Shown here in pieces: positions 11,239 to 25,302 of a stretch of DNA of 64,000 bases. Position 1 is the stretch's first letter. The number at the start of each line of letters is the position of its first letter. The position numbers and the translations under genes are program-made. The notes under the pieces are model-generated. The model made no database searches, had not been told where the DNA came from, and was given only the letters and a program-made list of their open reading frames with translations. The DNA lies in NCBI GenBank assembly GCA_038087875.1, contig JAXLNO010000230.1:124001-188000 (forward strand). The letters run 5' to 3'. Source of the DNA: Malacoraja senta (Eukaryota).

Positions 11239-12595
11239 ACACCTTTCTACTCCAAATGTCCTAATTCTATAAATGCACTCCTTTTTAGCTGATATCATTT
11301 CTCACTGTTAGATATATTATTTATAATGATGCTCATGGTACACATTTTGGAGGAGCAGCACATCTAGAGCTTTGCAACAAACCATGTATGTACATTGCCA
11401 GATGTTGCTGTGTGGTTTCTACTTGCAAATAAGAAGCACTGTTCGACTGGCTGTTATTTTTTTCTCCAAATCCAACCATTATTCAGGCACATTTAATCTT
11501 ATGTTTGAATGCTATGTTATATAATACTTTAGACTATCATACCAGATCTATTTGATTTAGTTTGCTGGAGAAAACTGTGCTCTAATCATTTTTGTTTAGT
11601 CCATAAACAAAGCTAAGTTATTTTAATTCAACTAATCAAGTTGAATCTGAGCTACAGTAGATCAAAATTTCCTTTTTTTTAATGCAAAGATATAATTAAA
11701 ATTCAAAGTAGTGGACTGGTTTAAAACTAAACTTGTGAGGTGTGTTTTATGTAATTGCTCTGAATTTTTCTGAGAAATGCTGGTCATTCGATGTGGAACA
11801 TTGCCTCTATGATGATCAAAAGTTTGTGACTCGTATGTTATCTCATAGTTATGCTGGCTGTGGTTGCAGACTTGCTGAGTGCTGTTTGCTTGGTGTTCCA
11901 ACTGCACTCCAACTTTGGACTACGTGAACTGTTCAGTTTAGACCTGATGATGGTTTAGTGGCAATGGTTTCAATTCATTTCAATGGAGAGGAAGGGAGAG
12001 AGACAAGCTTCAAGAGTTGTGTTTGGATCAGCCTAGTTCACTTGAATGTATTCATTTGTTACGTTTTCAAAGAGATTTGTAGTGTTCAGTTTAAATCCAT
12101 TTATAATAATTATTTTAATGGTGTGGTTACATTTTACTGTCTTGAACGTATGTGAAAATTATCCATTAACAAACATTCATATTGTTTGATGCACTCACAA
12201 CCAGTTGGGCCTGGGTGCAGTGTCACTGTTTGTTCAGGTTCTATGAGGAGATGACTGGACAGACCTCGGTCAACATGTGGATCTGGCTTTGGACAAGAAG
12301 TTATTGTGAGCAGATATGCTGTAATTAAATGCGGATCCAACAGTTAGGGGAAGAGGAAGGAAAACAAAACAGGCTAGTGAGTGATCAATGCAAAACTTCT
12401 GGGTTAGGTAACCAGGGATGCTTTTTACTTTGTATTTGCTGCAAAATGCACTCACAGTTTAACATTTTTGCAGGGCTGATTTGTTTGGTCGTTCCATTTT
12501 GTGGACGAGTAGAAGCAGTACAATACTAATTGTCCTTTGAGAAATAATTCAGTCGGGAATTTGTGCAGAGTTGATAATGAAATATACTATGGGTC

Positions 12596-13183
12596 TGTAA
12601 ATAGCTCGTTCTAAACTTCCCCCCCAGTCTAGTTTCAGTCAAAAATCACTGTCAAGCACTTGCACATCTAAACTTTATTTTGACAAAACACAATTACAGT
12701 TCCCACTACTGTACCTAACCACCGCAGGTTCGATCCTCGTATCTGCCTGATCAAGCCCTCTAGGTCTCGCTCAAACAGAGACACTCCAGAAGGTCACGCA
12801 GTCCCAAGCGCTCTCCCAGAAGATCGACACAGGACCTCGTGGTAGCGGACTTTTATAGGTCCTCGGACATCGAGGGGCCAAACCACATGGGAGTGGTCTC
12901 TTTACAATCCAATTACAGATATCGATTAACCCCATACATGACAGACATTTCACATACCCAATAATACAGTGGCTAATACATTGTATTCAAACGGTGTTTC
13001 TCAGAGGAAACTAACATCGCAACATTTGCCCTGATATGCAAGAAAACCAGACAAGGCTCAATACCTCATCCAATCAACATTCAGTAAAGTAAAGTTTGGC
13101 AACATTATTTACAATTATTTACCAAGTGCATGTCTGGTTTGCATTCATTCAATTCATTCTATGCATTTTGCACCTAATTGTCA
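12596..13183 (-). mobile_element. Candidate solo LTR
   Basis: TG...CA ends with GGGTC on both sides (12591-12595 and 13184-13188). On the minus strand TATAAAA (about 12851-12857) lies about 180 nt upstream of AATAAA (about 12674). Confidence 0.4.
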
Positions 13184-13932
13184 GGGTCCGCATATGTTCC
13201 CATTCTTTTCCTGCAGCTCGGATCTAGGCTCGAGACAAACTGGCACCATTCTGCAGCTTGTCCCATTTCTACAGAAAGCAGTTTATATTGACCAAATGGC
13301 CTAGCAGCCCTGAAGCCTTTACTCAATTTTAGGGTCCTGGCCTCCCCAAATTGACCAGGATTAACTGGTCTGTGTATAATGACAATGTGAAGATGGATTT
13401 CACCAATGTATAATTCAAATAGATTTAAACTAAAATATGTTTCTGGATAAAATATATTCATATTAAAAAAAATACAATTAAATTAAATTAAGAACAATGG
13501 TATGATTGTTTAATCTTAAGTAATTAATTGTATTAATCTAGGTTAATGTGCCAAGCCTAAATTTTCATTTTGATCAGTTAGATTGTCAAATGTTTGGCCA
13601 ATATTCGTCCGCAACAGTTGGACATCACTAACACGGTTAAAATAAAATGCAAATTTTGCAGTAAAGACATTTCAAATATCTCCAATGATGATCAGGGCTA
13701 AAATGCCATTGATTACATTGTATCAACATCTATTTTAGTTCTTCATTAGGAGCTGCCTCCTTTTCAAATGGTATCTATTTTTTTGATATATTGTCTGTAT
13801 CAGTACATATTAATGGTAAAGCATTTATTGTTTAAACCTTAAAATAGGAACAGGAGGAGGCCTATCATCTCTTTGAGCCTGTTGTGCTAGTCAATGAGAT
13901 TAAAGGTGATCTGACATTCCTCAAATCGACTT

Positions 13933-14790
13933 TAGATAGATAGATAGATATGCCTTTATTGTCGTTCAGACCGAAGTCTGGACGAAATTGCAGCAGTCAT
14001 ACATATAATACAATAAAACAACAATAAACACATATTAACATCCACCACAGTGAGTCCACCCAGCATCTCCTCACTGTGATGGAAGCAAAAGTCTTAGGTC
14101 TGCAGTCTCTTCCCTCCTCTTCTCCCTCTGCGCTGAGGCGATACCCCCCGGGCGATGTTAAATCAGTCCCGCGGCTCAAACACCGCGGCCCGGGGTGGTC
14201 GAAGCTGCCACCCACCAGTCCTGCAGACGCAGCCGCTGGCCCGCGGCCGAACCTCGGACTCAGGCCACCCTCAGGTGCAGTGTTAGTGGGTCGCCAGAAC
14301 ACCGTCCCAGCCACCCTCACGTGAGTACCGTGCCGTCTTCAGCCTCGGGCTGGGCCGCCCCGACATGGGCGCCAAACCTCCCTCTGGCCGGGCTGCCCCG
14401 ACTTGGGCGTCGCTTCTCACTCCGGCCGGGCCGCCCCGACTTGGGCGTCGCTTCTCCCTCCGGCCGGGCCGCCTCGACATGGGCGCCGAACCTCCCTCGG
14501 GCTGCGAGCGCCGCACCTCCCCGAGCTCGGCCGCTCCAACAGGAGCCTCGTTCCACCCTTGGGCTGGCCGCCCTCACGAGAGCGCCACAACCTCTCACGG
14601 GAGCACTGTTCCAGCCCTGAGACGGGCTCTGCCTCCGGAGCCTCGAGGTCATCAACTCCATTAGGCCTCAGCGCAGACGGAGGCAGAGAAGGGGAATACG
14701 ACAAAAAAGTTGCATTCCCCCACAGGGAGAGACTGCAAACCCCGTTTCAACCCCCCACCCCCCCAAAACACAAACTAAGAACCAAAAACT
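13933..14790 (-). mobile_element. GC/CpG-rich SINE-like retroposon with internal ~37-bp tandem repeats
   Basis: (GATA)n tail, TTTATT and a small stem-loop. The same 3' region recurs in the opposite orientation at 35772-35965. GCCGCCCCGACTTGGGCG units lie at 14345-14520. Confidence 0.65.
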
Positions 14791-14832
14791 AGACTAACCA
14801 AAACAAAATACGCTTTTTTCACATAATCCTCA

Positions 14833-15200
14833 TAGGCCTGTCCCACAGGCGACTTTTTAGGCAACCACAGGAGATTTTGCAGTCGCCACATGTTCGCGGG
14901 TGGTTGTCGGGGAGTTATAATCATGGTCGTGAGTAGTTCCCGCATTCTTGGAACTAGTCGCGGCTTCATTCTGGTCGCCGCTAATTTTTCAACGTGTTTC
15001 AACATGTTGAAAAATTAGCGACGTCCAGAATGAACCCGTCATGGAGAGCCGCGAGAATTCTCGTGCCGGAGGTGCAGTGTTAGTGGGTCGCCAGGAGGTC
15101 GTAGGTTCTCGTAGGTTGTAGTCGGTGCTGACCGGTGAATTTCATTGGCTCATTGGGGAAAAAACCCATAAACAGTAGTTTTCAGAACCAAGGATAACCG
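14833..15200. mobile_element. Partial Harbinger-derived MITE-like element (one TIR)
   Basis: Starts TAGGCCTGTCCCAC like the 58046 MITE. Central palindrome CGCTAATTTTTCAAC...GTTGAAAAATTAGCG. No second TIR seen. Confidence 0.5.
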
Positions 15201-16384
15201 ACCGGTAATGTTAATGTCCACCGAACCATCCGCAGTCGGGGCGATCGAAGCTCCTGCGATCGGGGCGGTTGAAACTCCTGTGGTTGGAGCCCCCAAATTT
15301 GGTCCCTAACCAAGGGACCTCGTGTTCCACAATGTTAAGTCCGCAGGCTCCCCCGTTGGAGCTCCCAGAAGTCGATCCCTGACAAAGTGATCGCAAGCTC
15401 CACGATGTTAAGTTTGCAGGCTCCTGCGGTTGAAGCCCCCGAAGTCGATCCCCAGCAAAGGGACCGCCAGCTCCATGATGTTAGGCCGCAGTGCGGACGG
15501 AGATACGATACGGAAAAAGTTGCATCTGCATCGAGGAAAGAGATTTTAAAAAGTTTCCCCACCCCACCCCCACATAATACAAAACTAAAGATACACTAAA
15601 ACATACATTTAACAACAAACTAAAAACAACAAAAGAAGAAAAGGACGAGACAAACAGTTAGCGAGGCTGCCATCGTGCGGCACCACCCAGTGGTATGCCA
15701 TAAGGACGCATGGGCAAGATTGGCAGGAGCAGGGGATCCTGGATGACAACGGATAATGACGTGCTGGTAAATGAAAGGGGAGGAGGCATATGCCGGGTAT
15801 CAGCAGGTGGGATGAAGTGAACCTCTTGAGATGTATAGGGGGGCGTAGGAGTACACACGAGGTTACACGAGATAGCTTTGGCAATAAGGTAAAGTAGAAT
15901 TTAAAGACGTTCTAAAAGTATATTAAAGGCAAGTTAACCAGGGAGAGTATAACACCCCTTAAAGCCCTACATGGACATCTGTGTGTGGAGCCACGGGAGA
16001 GGGACAAGGTGTTAGATGAATATTTCACATCTATATTTACTAGAGAAAGAAATAGATGTTAGGAAACTTGTCAAAATATACAGTGATGTCTTGAAAAGAG
16101 TCTACATTACAGAAGAGGAGGTGCTGGTAGTCTTAAAACGCATACAGATAAATAAATCCCCAGGACCTGATCAAATCTATCCTAAGGCATTATGGGGAAG
16201 CAAGGGAATAAATTGTGGGGCACCAGGCAGAGATATTTGTGTTGTCTATATCCATGGGTGAGGGGTGAAAGACTGGAGGGTAGCTAATGTTACACCTTTA
16301 TTTAAGAAAGGGTACAAAGAAAAGCATGGGAACTATAGATCAGTGAGCGTAACGTCCGTAGGGGGTAAGTTATTGGAGGGATCG

Positions 16385-17810
16385 TGAGTGATAGTATCTT
16401 CAACTCCTCACTACTTAAATTCGTGGTCCCCATCTGCTTTAAAAGGACACCCATAATATCAGTGCTCAAGAAGAGCAAGGTTCAGTATCACAATGACTAC
16501 TCACTGGTGGCACTCATGTCTGTTGTGATGAAGTGCTTTGAGAAGTTGGTTACGACACATATCAACTCCCGCCAAAGTAAGCACATGGACCTACAACAAT
16601 TTGCATACAGCCACTACAGATCAATAGCAGATACGATCTCGCTGGCTCTGTGCATAAGACCACTTGGACAATAAGAATATATATGTCAGGCTATTCTTCA
16701 ATTACAGCTTGGCGTTGAACACCAATTTTCCCTCTAAACTTACTATCAGATTTGGGGAACTGGGTCTCTGCTTGTCCCTATGCAATTGGATTCTTAGCTT
16801 CTTCATTGGCAGACCAGTCAATAGTCCAGAACCAGGGGCCACAGTCTTAGAATAAAGAGGAGGCCATTTAAGACTGACGTGAGAAAAAACGTTTTCACCC
16901 AGAGAGTTGTGAATTTGTGGAATTCCCTGCCACAGAGGGCAGTGGAGGCCAAATCACGGGATGGATTTAAGAGAGAGTTAGATAGAGCTCTAGGGGCTAG
17001 TGGAATCAAGGGATATGGGGAGAAGACAGGCATGGGTTATTGATTGGGGACAACGAATGGCGGTGCTGGCTCGAAGGGCCGAATAGCCTCCTGCACCTAT
17101 TTTCTATGTTTCTGTGTTGCTATGTTTCTAATAGGAGATGACAGCAACACTTCCTTCTCGATGACCATCAGCACAGGAACACCTCAAGGTTCTGTGTTCA
17201 GTCCCCTGTTCTACTCTCTGTATGCCTTAACTGTGTCGCCAGGCACGGCTCCAATATCATCTTTAAATTCGCCGACAGTGCCACCGTGTTAGACAAATAA
17301 CGGGTAATGATAATTCAGAGTACAGGAAAGGAGTTTGATAATCTGATCGAATGGTGCCAGAATAACAATCTTGCTCTCAAATTTAGCAACAACACGGAGC
17401 TGATTGTTGACTTCAGGAAGAGAGAACCTCTCTTCAATGATGGGAGAGAATCGACAGCTTCAAGTTCCTTGTTATGCATATCTCTGAAAATCAGCCCGTA
17501 CATTGATGCAATCACAAAGCAAGCTCATCAATGACTTTATTTCTTTGGAAGATTGAGGAAATTTGGTATGTCAATGTATTGAACTTTTACAGGTGTAGAG
17601 TAGAGAGCATACTGTCTGGTTACATCACAGCTGGTTTGGTAACACAAACACCTAAGAACAAAGGAGGCTGCAGAAAGTGGTAGATGCTGGAGCACAGAGG
17701 GCATGAGTTGCCTGAGTTTGGAAAATTCTGTGTACATACATTTAGCAGCAAATAAGAATTTTATTGTACTGTTTCTGGTACAAATGACAATGAAATGCTC
17801 TTGACTATCT
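16385..17810 (+). mobile_element. Rex/Babar LINE fragment
   Basis: [46 protein letters not shown] and TGTPQGSVFSPL. The 3' tail lies near 17760-17810. Confidence 0.85.
16824..17130 (+). mobile_element. CR1 3'-end insertion within Rex
   Basis: TTTTCACCCAGAGAGTTGTGAAT...GAAGGGCCGAATAGCCTCCTGCACC followed by a (TTTCTATG)n-like tail. Confidence 0.85.
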
Positions 17811-18371
17811 CCTGACTCTTGGAAAGGTAAGACTGATCAGGGATAATCAGCAGGGCTTTGTCGACGGGAAATCATCTCTTACCAATTTGATTGAGGTGAT
17901 CAGGAAGATTGAATGTAGGGCAGCAGACGTCTCCATGAACTTAGCAAGGCCTTTGACAAAGTACTGCATGGTAAGTTGTTCTGTAAGGTTAGATCGCATG
18001 AGATCCAGGGCCAGCTAGCCAATTGAATATAAAATTGGCTTGATGATAGGAGATGGAAGGTGCTGTTGGAGGGTTGTTTTTCAGACTGGAGGCCTGTAGC
18101 AAGGATGTGTGCCACAGGGATCAATGCTGGGTTTACTGTTGTGCTTTGCTTTGTTATTGATTTGGGTGAGAGTGTAGGTGGGATAGTAAGTTTGCGGAAG
18201 TCAGAAAAATTGGTGATTTATTGGACAGTGAAGATTATCTAATATTATAATGGGAGCTTTACCAACTTGTACAGTAAATAGTCGGGGTTGGGGAGTGTTG
18301 TAGAACAGAGAGACCTTGGAATGCAGGTACATTATCTTATGAAGATGGTAGCATGGGTGGTCATGACCATC

Positions 18372-19522
18372 TGAGCTGGTCCTGAGCTGGTTCGTCTCCT
18401 ACCTCAAAGATAGGAGTTTCTCTGCAAACATAGGCAACTCTTTCTCCTCCCCAGCTAGCCTTTGCTGCGGGGTTCCACAAGGCTCCATCCTAGGCCCCAT
18501 TCTCTTCTCCTTGTATATGCACCCCTTAGGCCAAGTCATTCAAAGGCTCGGCATTTCCTTCCACTGCTATGCAGATGATACACAACTCTATCTCCCCCTG
18601 AAGCCCAACAACCGATCTAATCTACTCAGCCTTATTCACTGCCTCGAGGATATAAAGTGTTGGATGGCCCAGAACTTCCTCCAACTAAACGAGAGTAAGC
18701 CTGAGGTCATCCTACTCGGCCCCTCGGACTCAATCAAAACGATAGCAGGCAGCCTTGGAAGCCTTACCCCATTACTCAAACCTCACGTCAAAAACCTTGG
18801 TGTGATATTTGACTCCGCGTTGAAATTTGACAAACAAGTCAATGCCGTGGTAAAAGCTAGCTTCTTCCAGCTTAGGACGATAGCTAAAATAAAACATTTC
18901 CTCCAATTTGACGACTTCGAAAAGATCATCCACACATTTATCTCCTCCCGCCGTGATTACTGCAACTCCCTTTACACTGGCATCAGCCAATCATCCCTGT
19001 CCCGCCTGCAATTGATCCAAAACGCCGCAGCGAGACTCCTGACGGGCACCCGAAAAAGGGTCCACATCACCCCGATGCTGGCCTCTCTCCACTGGCTCCC
19101 TGTGCGGTTCAGAATCAATTTCAAGCTCCTTCTTTATGTATACAAAGCCCTTAACAGGCTTGCCCCACCTGCATCAAAAATCTGCTTGGGGTTACGGACC
19201 ATCCCGCGGTCTAGGCATAAGCTCAGGGGCGACTGCACTTTTGTGATTGCAGCTCCTAGACTATGGAACAGCATCCCTCTTCCCATCAGAACTGCCCCCT
19301 CCATCAACTCTTAAGTCTGGAGTCTAGACTTAAAACTTATTTCTACTCTCAAGCCTTTCTTGAGGTTCTCTGAGGGAGCGCTGTATGTATGTATCTATGT
19401 ATGTATTGTTGATCTATGTACCACTGTTTGTAGCACGTTAGTACCTGCACCAATGTAAAGCACTTTGGTCAACGAGAGTTGTTTTTAAATGTGCTATAGA
19501 AATAAAATTGACTTGACTTGAC
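18372..19522 (+). mobile_element. L2 LINE 3' part
   Basis: GVPQGSILGP; ORF 18511-19314 has FHCYADDTQLY and QNAAARLL; ends AATAAA plus (TTGAC)n. Confidence 0.92.
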
Positions 19523-20114
19523 CAAGTGACGGTTTAAGAGGTAAATGTTTTGCACACAGGAGGGTGGGTGGGTATTGGGAACGAGCTGTTAGAGGATGTA
19601 GTTGAGGCAGGTACAATTACAATGACATTTGGACAGGTACATAGATAGTAAACGTTTGGACAGATATGAGCCAGGAGCAGGCAAGTAGGATTAACTTGGA
19701 TTGGCAACTTTTTTGACATAGTCAAGATGGGCCAAAGGGCCAGTTTTCGTGCTGTACAGCTCTATTTCTCCGTGAATGCCCAACATCTCTCTGTTGTAAA
19801 TTCACAAAGTTTCCCATCTCCGAGAAGAAATCTTTCCTCATTTAGTGTTAAATGAACCCTTTACTTGCATTATTTTAGTTATAATTGTAAAGATGTGCCC
19901 TTATCAATTGACAATCAGTGGAAACAAGCCATCATATACTTAATCCAAATCCTGAAAATCGGACATGTTTTGCCTGGAACTAGTTATATGAAGCTCATTG
20001 GAAGATAATTGTACTGCATTTATTATGGTCAATTTATAATGCACTCCATTCGGATGGTCCTGTGTTGTGCAAGAACTTTGCATAACACAATCTGAATAAG
20101 AGGATGAAACAGTA

Positions 20115-20357
20115 CTTCCTGCTTTCTCCCAGGCCTTAACTGAACTGTCCTCTCACCAGCTACCTCACTGCAGGCCTTCAAATTATCTTGAATTGGACTT
20201 CACTGGACTTGCACTGAACGTGAAACCCATTATCCTGCACCTGCACACTGTGGACAGCTTGATTATAATCATGTATAGACTTTTTGCTGACTGGATAGCA
20301 TGCAACAAGCTTTTCTCTCTACCCTGGTACACGTGACAATAATAATCCAAACTAAAC
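20115..20357 (+). mobile_element. Short retroposon with Rex/Babar-type 3' tail
   Basis: Ends GGTACACGTGACAATAA...AAACTAAAC; homologous to 61396-61649. Confidence 0.6.
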
Positions 20358-23300
20358 TTTATTTGATAGCTTTATGTAAGGTTGTGAGTGTATCTGTAGT
20401 CCCACATTTTTGGATGATAATGCATATCCTCAGTTAATTGTTGTTATTTTTCCTGTGATGTGGCTGCAAAGTAGTTTGATCTCGCGCCCTCTATGTTCCT
20501 TGCTGTTGCTTTGTGTATGAATTTCCTGGAAACTGTTCCCTATAGCATGAAAGAACTGCCAGTTTTGAACTTTGTGATAGTCTGACAGATTTTATAACAG
20601 AAGAAAATTATATATTCCTGAAAGTGAAAGTCAATTTTCTTCAATGGTTTATTTTTTTTTAAGCTATCATTCTGTAGGCTATAGTGCAAAAATATAAGAT
20701 AAACTATTCTTTTTTAAGATTGCTGGTATCTGCTTTTTATGTTATGAACATCATTTATTTTATATCTACTTAAATCATGTGTGTTGGCTTGTAAATTAAA
20801 GCATCACATCAATCACCAAATCTTTGGTTTCTTTTTCAACTATATAATGCATTTTCAACCTACAAATCTGCCTTTCCTCTAAAGTTCAGTGTACAGAATT
20901 GCTTTAAAAAACATAGTCCACCAATTAAGTTAATTATATTCTTTGTAAGTACAAAATACTTCTGACAAGATCAATATATTCTATTATGGCAGTTGTTTGG
21001 TTTCAACAGCAATTAGTTGTATTTATTCAGAGGCTTTAGCATAGTAAAACACCCCTTGGCGTTTCACGGATCATTGCTAACACAATTTTTATGTGAGTTA
21101 GAACACGAGCAGCAGAGTTTTGCATGACCTCAGTTTATGGAGGATGGGACAATGGAGGCCAATTAGAATCTGACAAATCAATCGAGAGGCAACAAAGCAT
21201 GTTAGCAGCAGAACAGATTAGACAGAGTTGGATGAAGCCACAAAAGTGGGAGAGATGGTCAGAATGACAATGCTTAAGTGGATCTAAATTTATTATCACA
21301 AGACTTAATATGGAACTGGAGTTGTGAATAATTCTGTTGTACCTTGAGACAAATTCCAGAGTGAGAATGGAGCTGGTATTTAGGACCAAATATTGTGGTA
21401 GGAAAAGTGACATTGATCTTCCCAGTACCTGGTTGGATTTAATTTATCCAGATCCAGAGTTTAATTTTGGATAAACAGTCTGGCAGGATTGTGGCAGTGC
21501 AAGAATCATGAGACACTTTGGCGATATGAATCTGCACAGCTTCAGCTTACATGCAAGCTGGGGCTGTATTTCAGATGATAATGCTGGAGAACTGCATTTG
21601 GTGAGGAAGTAGACAGAAGCCTTGGATAGATCCTCAGTAACAACTGTAGGGAATTGTGCTTGTGCTATTAATTCCCTGACAACAATGGGCTAAAAAAGAA
21701 TGGAATCAACCCCCAAATGGATACTGGTGAAGAAGGAGAAATAAGAGGATGGTTTAATCAACCATTGCAAATTGAGAAATATGAGGAATGACAAGTTTAC
21801 TTCTGTGGTAGCCACATAAGATGTAATTTTTGACATTAACATATAGTACTTCAGTATAATTATATGTATGGAAACATAATTAGAAGTCTGTTAAAGATAC
21901 AGACATGCTTCTTGTAGGGATTTGCTTAGCATTATTTGTGACAATCCTTCGTATTACCAAGGATTATTTTCAAATTTAAGACATCTGACTACTACCTGGT
22001 TTTGTCCCCTAAAAATAATATGCATAATATTCTTGTGCCAGCTAATTTTGATCCCTCACTGGACAGTGCTTCAGAGATCCATGAATGTGGAATGAAAACA
22101 ATGAAAAAATAAGTTGCCATCCTTAAATGTAGTTGTCATATGAATTCCATGTTAAATATTGGACCTGATAGAATAATGTAATTATTCATTCATGAATTAA
22201 AGACAATCTGACAATTAAAGACAATTATAAATTACAAACAAGTTTGCCAAAAGTATCTGGACTTTTTTCTATTATGCATTGCCATTTAATAATAATTAGC
22301 AATTTTATTTAACAATTGTAATTAGAACTTTTACGTGCAAAAAAAAGTCTCATGATATTGATCTATTTTTTTCAATTGTCAGCTGTAGTTATTCAAATTA
22401 TATAACAACATAAATAAAAGCAGCAATCTCATTGACTAATTAGTCTAGAAAAAAAGAGACAAATAGATTGGAGCACCAATTTAGTGGGTATCAGTGCAAG
22501 TTGTGCAACTTAGTGCCATTGCAAATGTTTGATTACTGTTGGTAAGGTGCTTTGGAAGATCGTTAGAACTATAGCAACTTTCTATTTTCTGCTTGTAATC
22601 ATTTGTGCAGATGCCAGTAATTGCTATCTGATTTAAAGTTCATGACAGCTTCACCATTAATTTCATTATAAATTCTGGACTGTAAATCTCATGAAACTCA
22701 ATCATGAATGCATTGGGTAAGTTATTGATATTCTTAGAAATTAATAAAACTTAATATTTGTGAAAAGAATACTTGTAAGTCTGGTAGTCATTTGATCTAT
22801 ATTTTGTATGTATGAATGCATGTTGGCCCAAATTCTCTGACAATTATCCAGTACTTGGGTTCCACGTTTCGTGGCTCCAGGTTAACCAAACTGAGGACAA
22901 CCTTGTTTACGCACCCAGAACTAAAGCCAAGTACTGAAACTTTGAATGACATAGCCCTGAATGATTTGTGTACATGGGCCAGAACAAATTTGATGAAAAA
23001 CGTCGCGGGGCGCCTTTGACAGCTGGCAAAACCCCATCCTCAGCCTTTCTTACTGTCAGCTAGAGTTCAGAAACATCTAAAATATTTACAATTTCTACAA
23101 CGTTCCATAAATAGTTACAAATGGTGAGGTGAACAAATTAGAAATAATTCTAGAATTATCCTTGTTTATTCTTTCTTCTCTGCAGCCATGAATCCCACCA
23201 GTCAAATGAGTTAGCTTGTGGATCTTAACCAGTTCTTCTTTGTAAATACTAGGAAATCTCAGCAAGATCTTGCTCCCAATATATTTCCTTACAATGCATT

Positions 23301-25302
23301 ATTATCCTCTCGTGCAACCTTCTCATCCTAACAACAAGCTAGTGAATTTATATTGCAATTAGCCCAAATCTAGTGGAGAACAGGTGTAAAGTGACTGGCA
23401 GAGCTAGATCAGTAAGGATGGAATTTAAGTAATATAGTGCAAGAGTCCCAATATGTTCCACCACTTACATTGATAAGTATGGAACTTCCTGGAATTCCCA
23501 GCAAACTGCAAGCCATTGATATTTCCCCAGAAATGACTCCCCTTTGCAACCAATTTTGCCCCAGTCTTTATCCTGTGGTAGAGGGGATTGGGATTTCTAT
23601 GTGATTTTTTTTGATTACTTAATGATTCATTGTAATTGGTTGCTTATCCTAATTTATTCTGAATAATATGTAAACTTAATTAAAACATATCATCTTTCAA
23701 AATACGCATTGTGCACTTGACAGATCATGGTCTTAACCTTCAAGTTGTATTTTTGTCTCCCCCCCCCCCCCCCCCCACCTCCACTGGTGTAACACATAAC
23801 TGTTTTGATGTTGGATTTGATGGATTTGTTTGGTTCCACATTCATTAGTTTCTCATCAGAAAACTGACAGGCTGTAAAATGAAACTTTGAGTTAGATTTT
23901 CAGCTTGATTGTTTGGAGATGTTTTCAAAGAATTGTTGTTTTTATGCAGCAGCAGCCTTTTGTCCCACTGTTGCTTAAAAAGGGTGACAAGCTATTTGCT
24001 TTATGGACTCTATGGAGGGAAAATGGTGGCCTACAGGGAGAGCTCTATTTGGGTGACAGAACTGGAAGCAAGCAATGTTGAGAATATATAATATGGATAC
24101 TGGAACAAAGTACTTTGAAAGGATGCCAGAAATCTGAGTAATTTCCCTTGATATGGACATACTGTGTAAATGACTGATTGAACAAAATACTCAAAGCAGA
24201 GATTAAGGATGATTTAAAAAAAATTAGAACGATTACCTGGTAAAAATTCATTTAGTTCACAATTTAGTAGTCTGTAACTTTGTAAATGAATATGTAATAA
24301 TAAAAGCCTGGGGCATTTAATGCTTGTCTTGCCATTGGAACAAAGGCATTTTTAACAGAGTTTAGTGTGCAATACATGGTGTTAATGTTGATATAATTAT
24401 TTTGTGTGTTAACTACAAAGATCGTGCAATCTTGCTTCATATTTGGTCTAAATACAACGGAAAAATCCCAGGCCAATTATTCAGTTATTTTGCTAAAGCT
24501 GTAGAAATATTAGTGTGTTTTAAATACCCATTGTTGTATGACTTCCATGCTTCGGTACCCTGAGTGTAGTCATGGTAATTGCATATGGTCGGATCAGGAA
24601 ACATTAACTTGAAAAGGCTATCATCACTGGTTGAAGTAAGGTTGATTCTGTAGACTTTTATTAATGTTAATCACGATTATTACTCACCACACCTCATTCT
24701 ATCCTCCTCGATGAAGCTGCAATAGGTCATGTGAGATATTATTTGGACTATACTAAGCATAGGGAAGATGACCATCAGAAAGACAACCAAAGCATATGCA
24801 GGACTTCCCTGATGTTTGAACTTCATTCTAGTGGGTTTAAAAAAAATAATCCTGGCAGAGCCTGCCTATAACTGGACTGAGATCTTCCCAATTTCTTAAG
24901 TTCATAAATATTCCATGCTACTCCTTCAGAAGTGTAAATCTGGAAAATTACAAACATTGTCATAAGAATAATTCAGTAGTTGTGTAGATTTTAAATATAT
25001 GAAAGGTCGAAAAAATCAGTGGCTTTGAATTTATTTAATAATCTGTGAAAAAATAACTTTTAATTTTGGTTGTTGTACTGAGGCTGCAGTCACACCTCCA
25101 TTTGACCTTTGTGCCTCTGATTTAGAGAAGGGTTATATTGTTCAAAGTTTGGACTCAAATATATTGTTCAAAGGCTGGACTTGAAGTCCAGTTCATCATG
25201 GGCACGGCTCTGCCTTACATCGTGTAAATGGGTGCTTGATGGTCAGCCTAGAATGGGTAGTCTGAGTGGGTTGTTTCACCATTGTATGAGTTTATAATTC
25301 TA

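Larger units (their letters stand above)
15720..19770 (+). mobile_element. Old CR1 LINE interrupted by Rex/Babar, CR1 and L2 insertions
   Basis: KSPGPDQIYP at 16016-16261. RT pieces resume at 17820-18360. CR1 3' end at 19525-19770. Confidence 0.75.

Noticed and set aside
8352..11243. ACACC on both sides of the Gypsy remnant as a true TSD
   Set aside because: The right end has no LTR and no terminal CA, so a 5-bp match is not enough.
13997..14792. Overlapping GC-rich ORFs as a host exon
   Set aside because: Open on both strands because of GC content, with no recognisable domain, and within an interspersed repeat.
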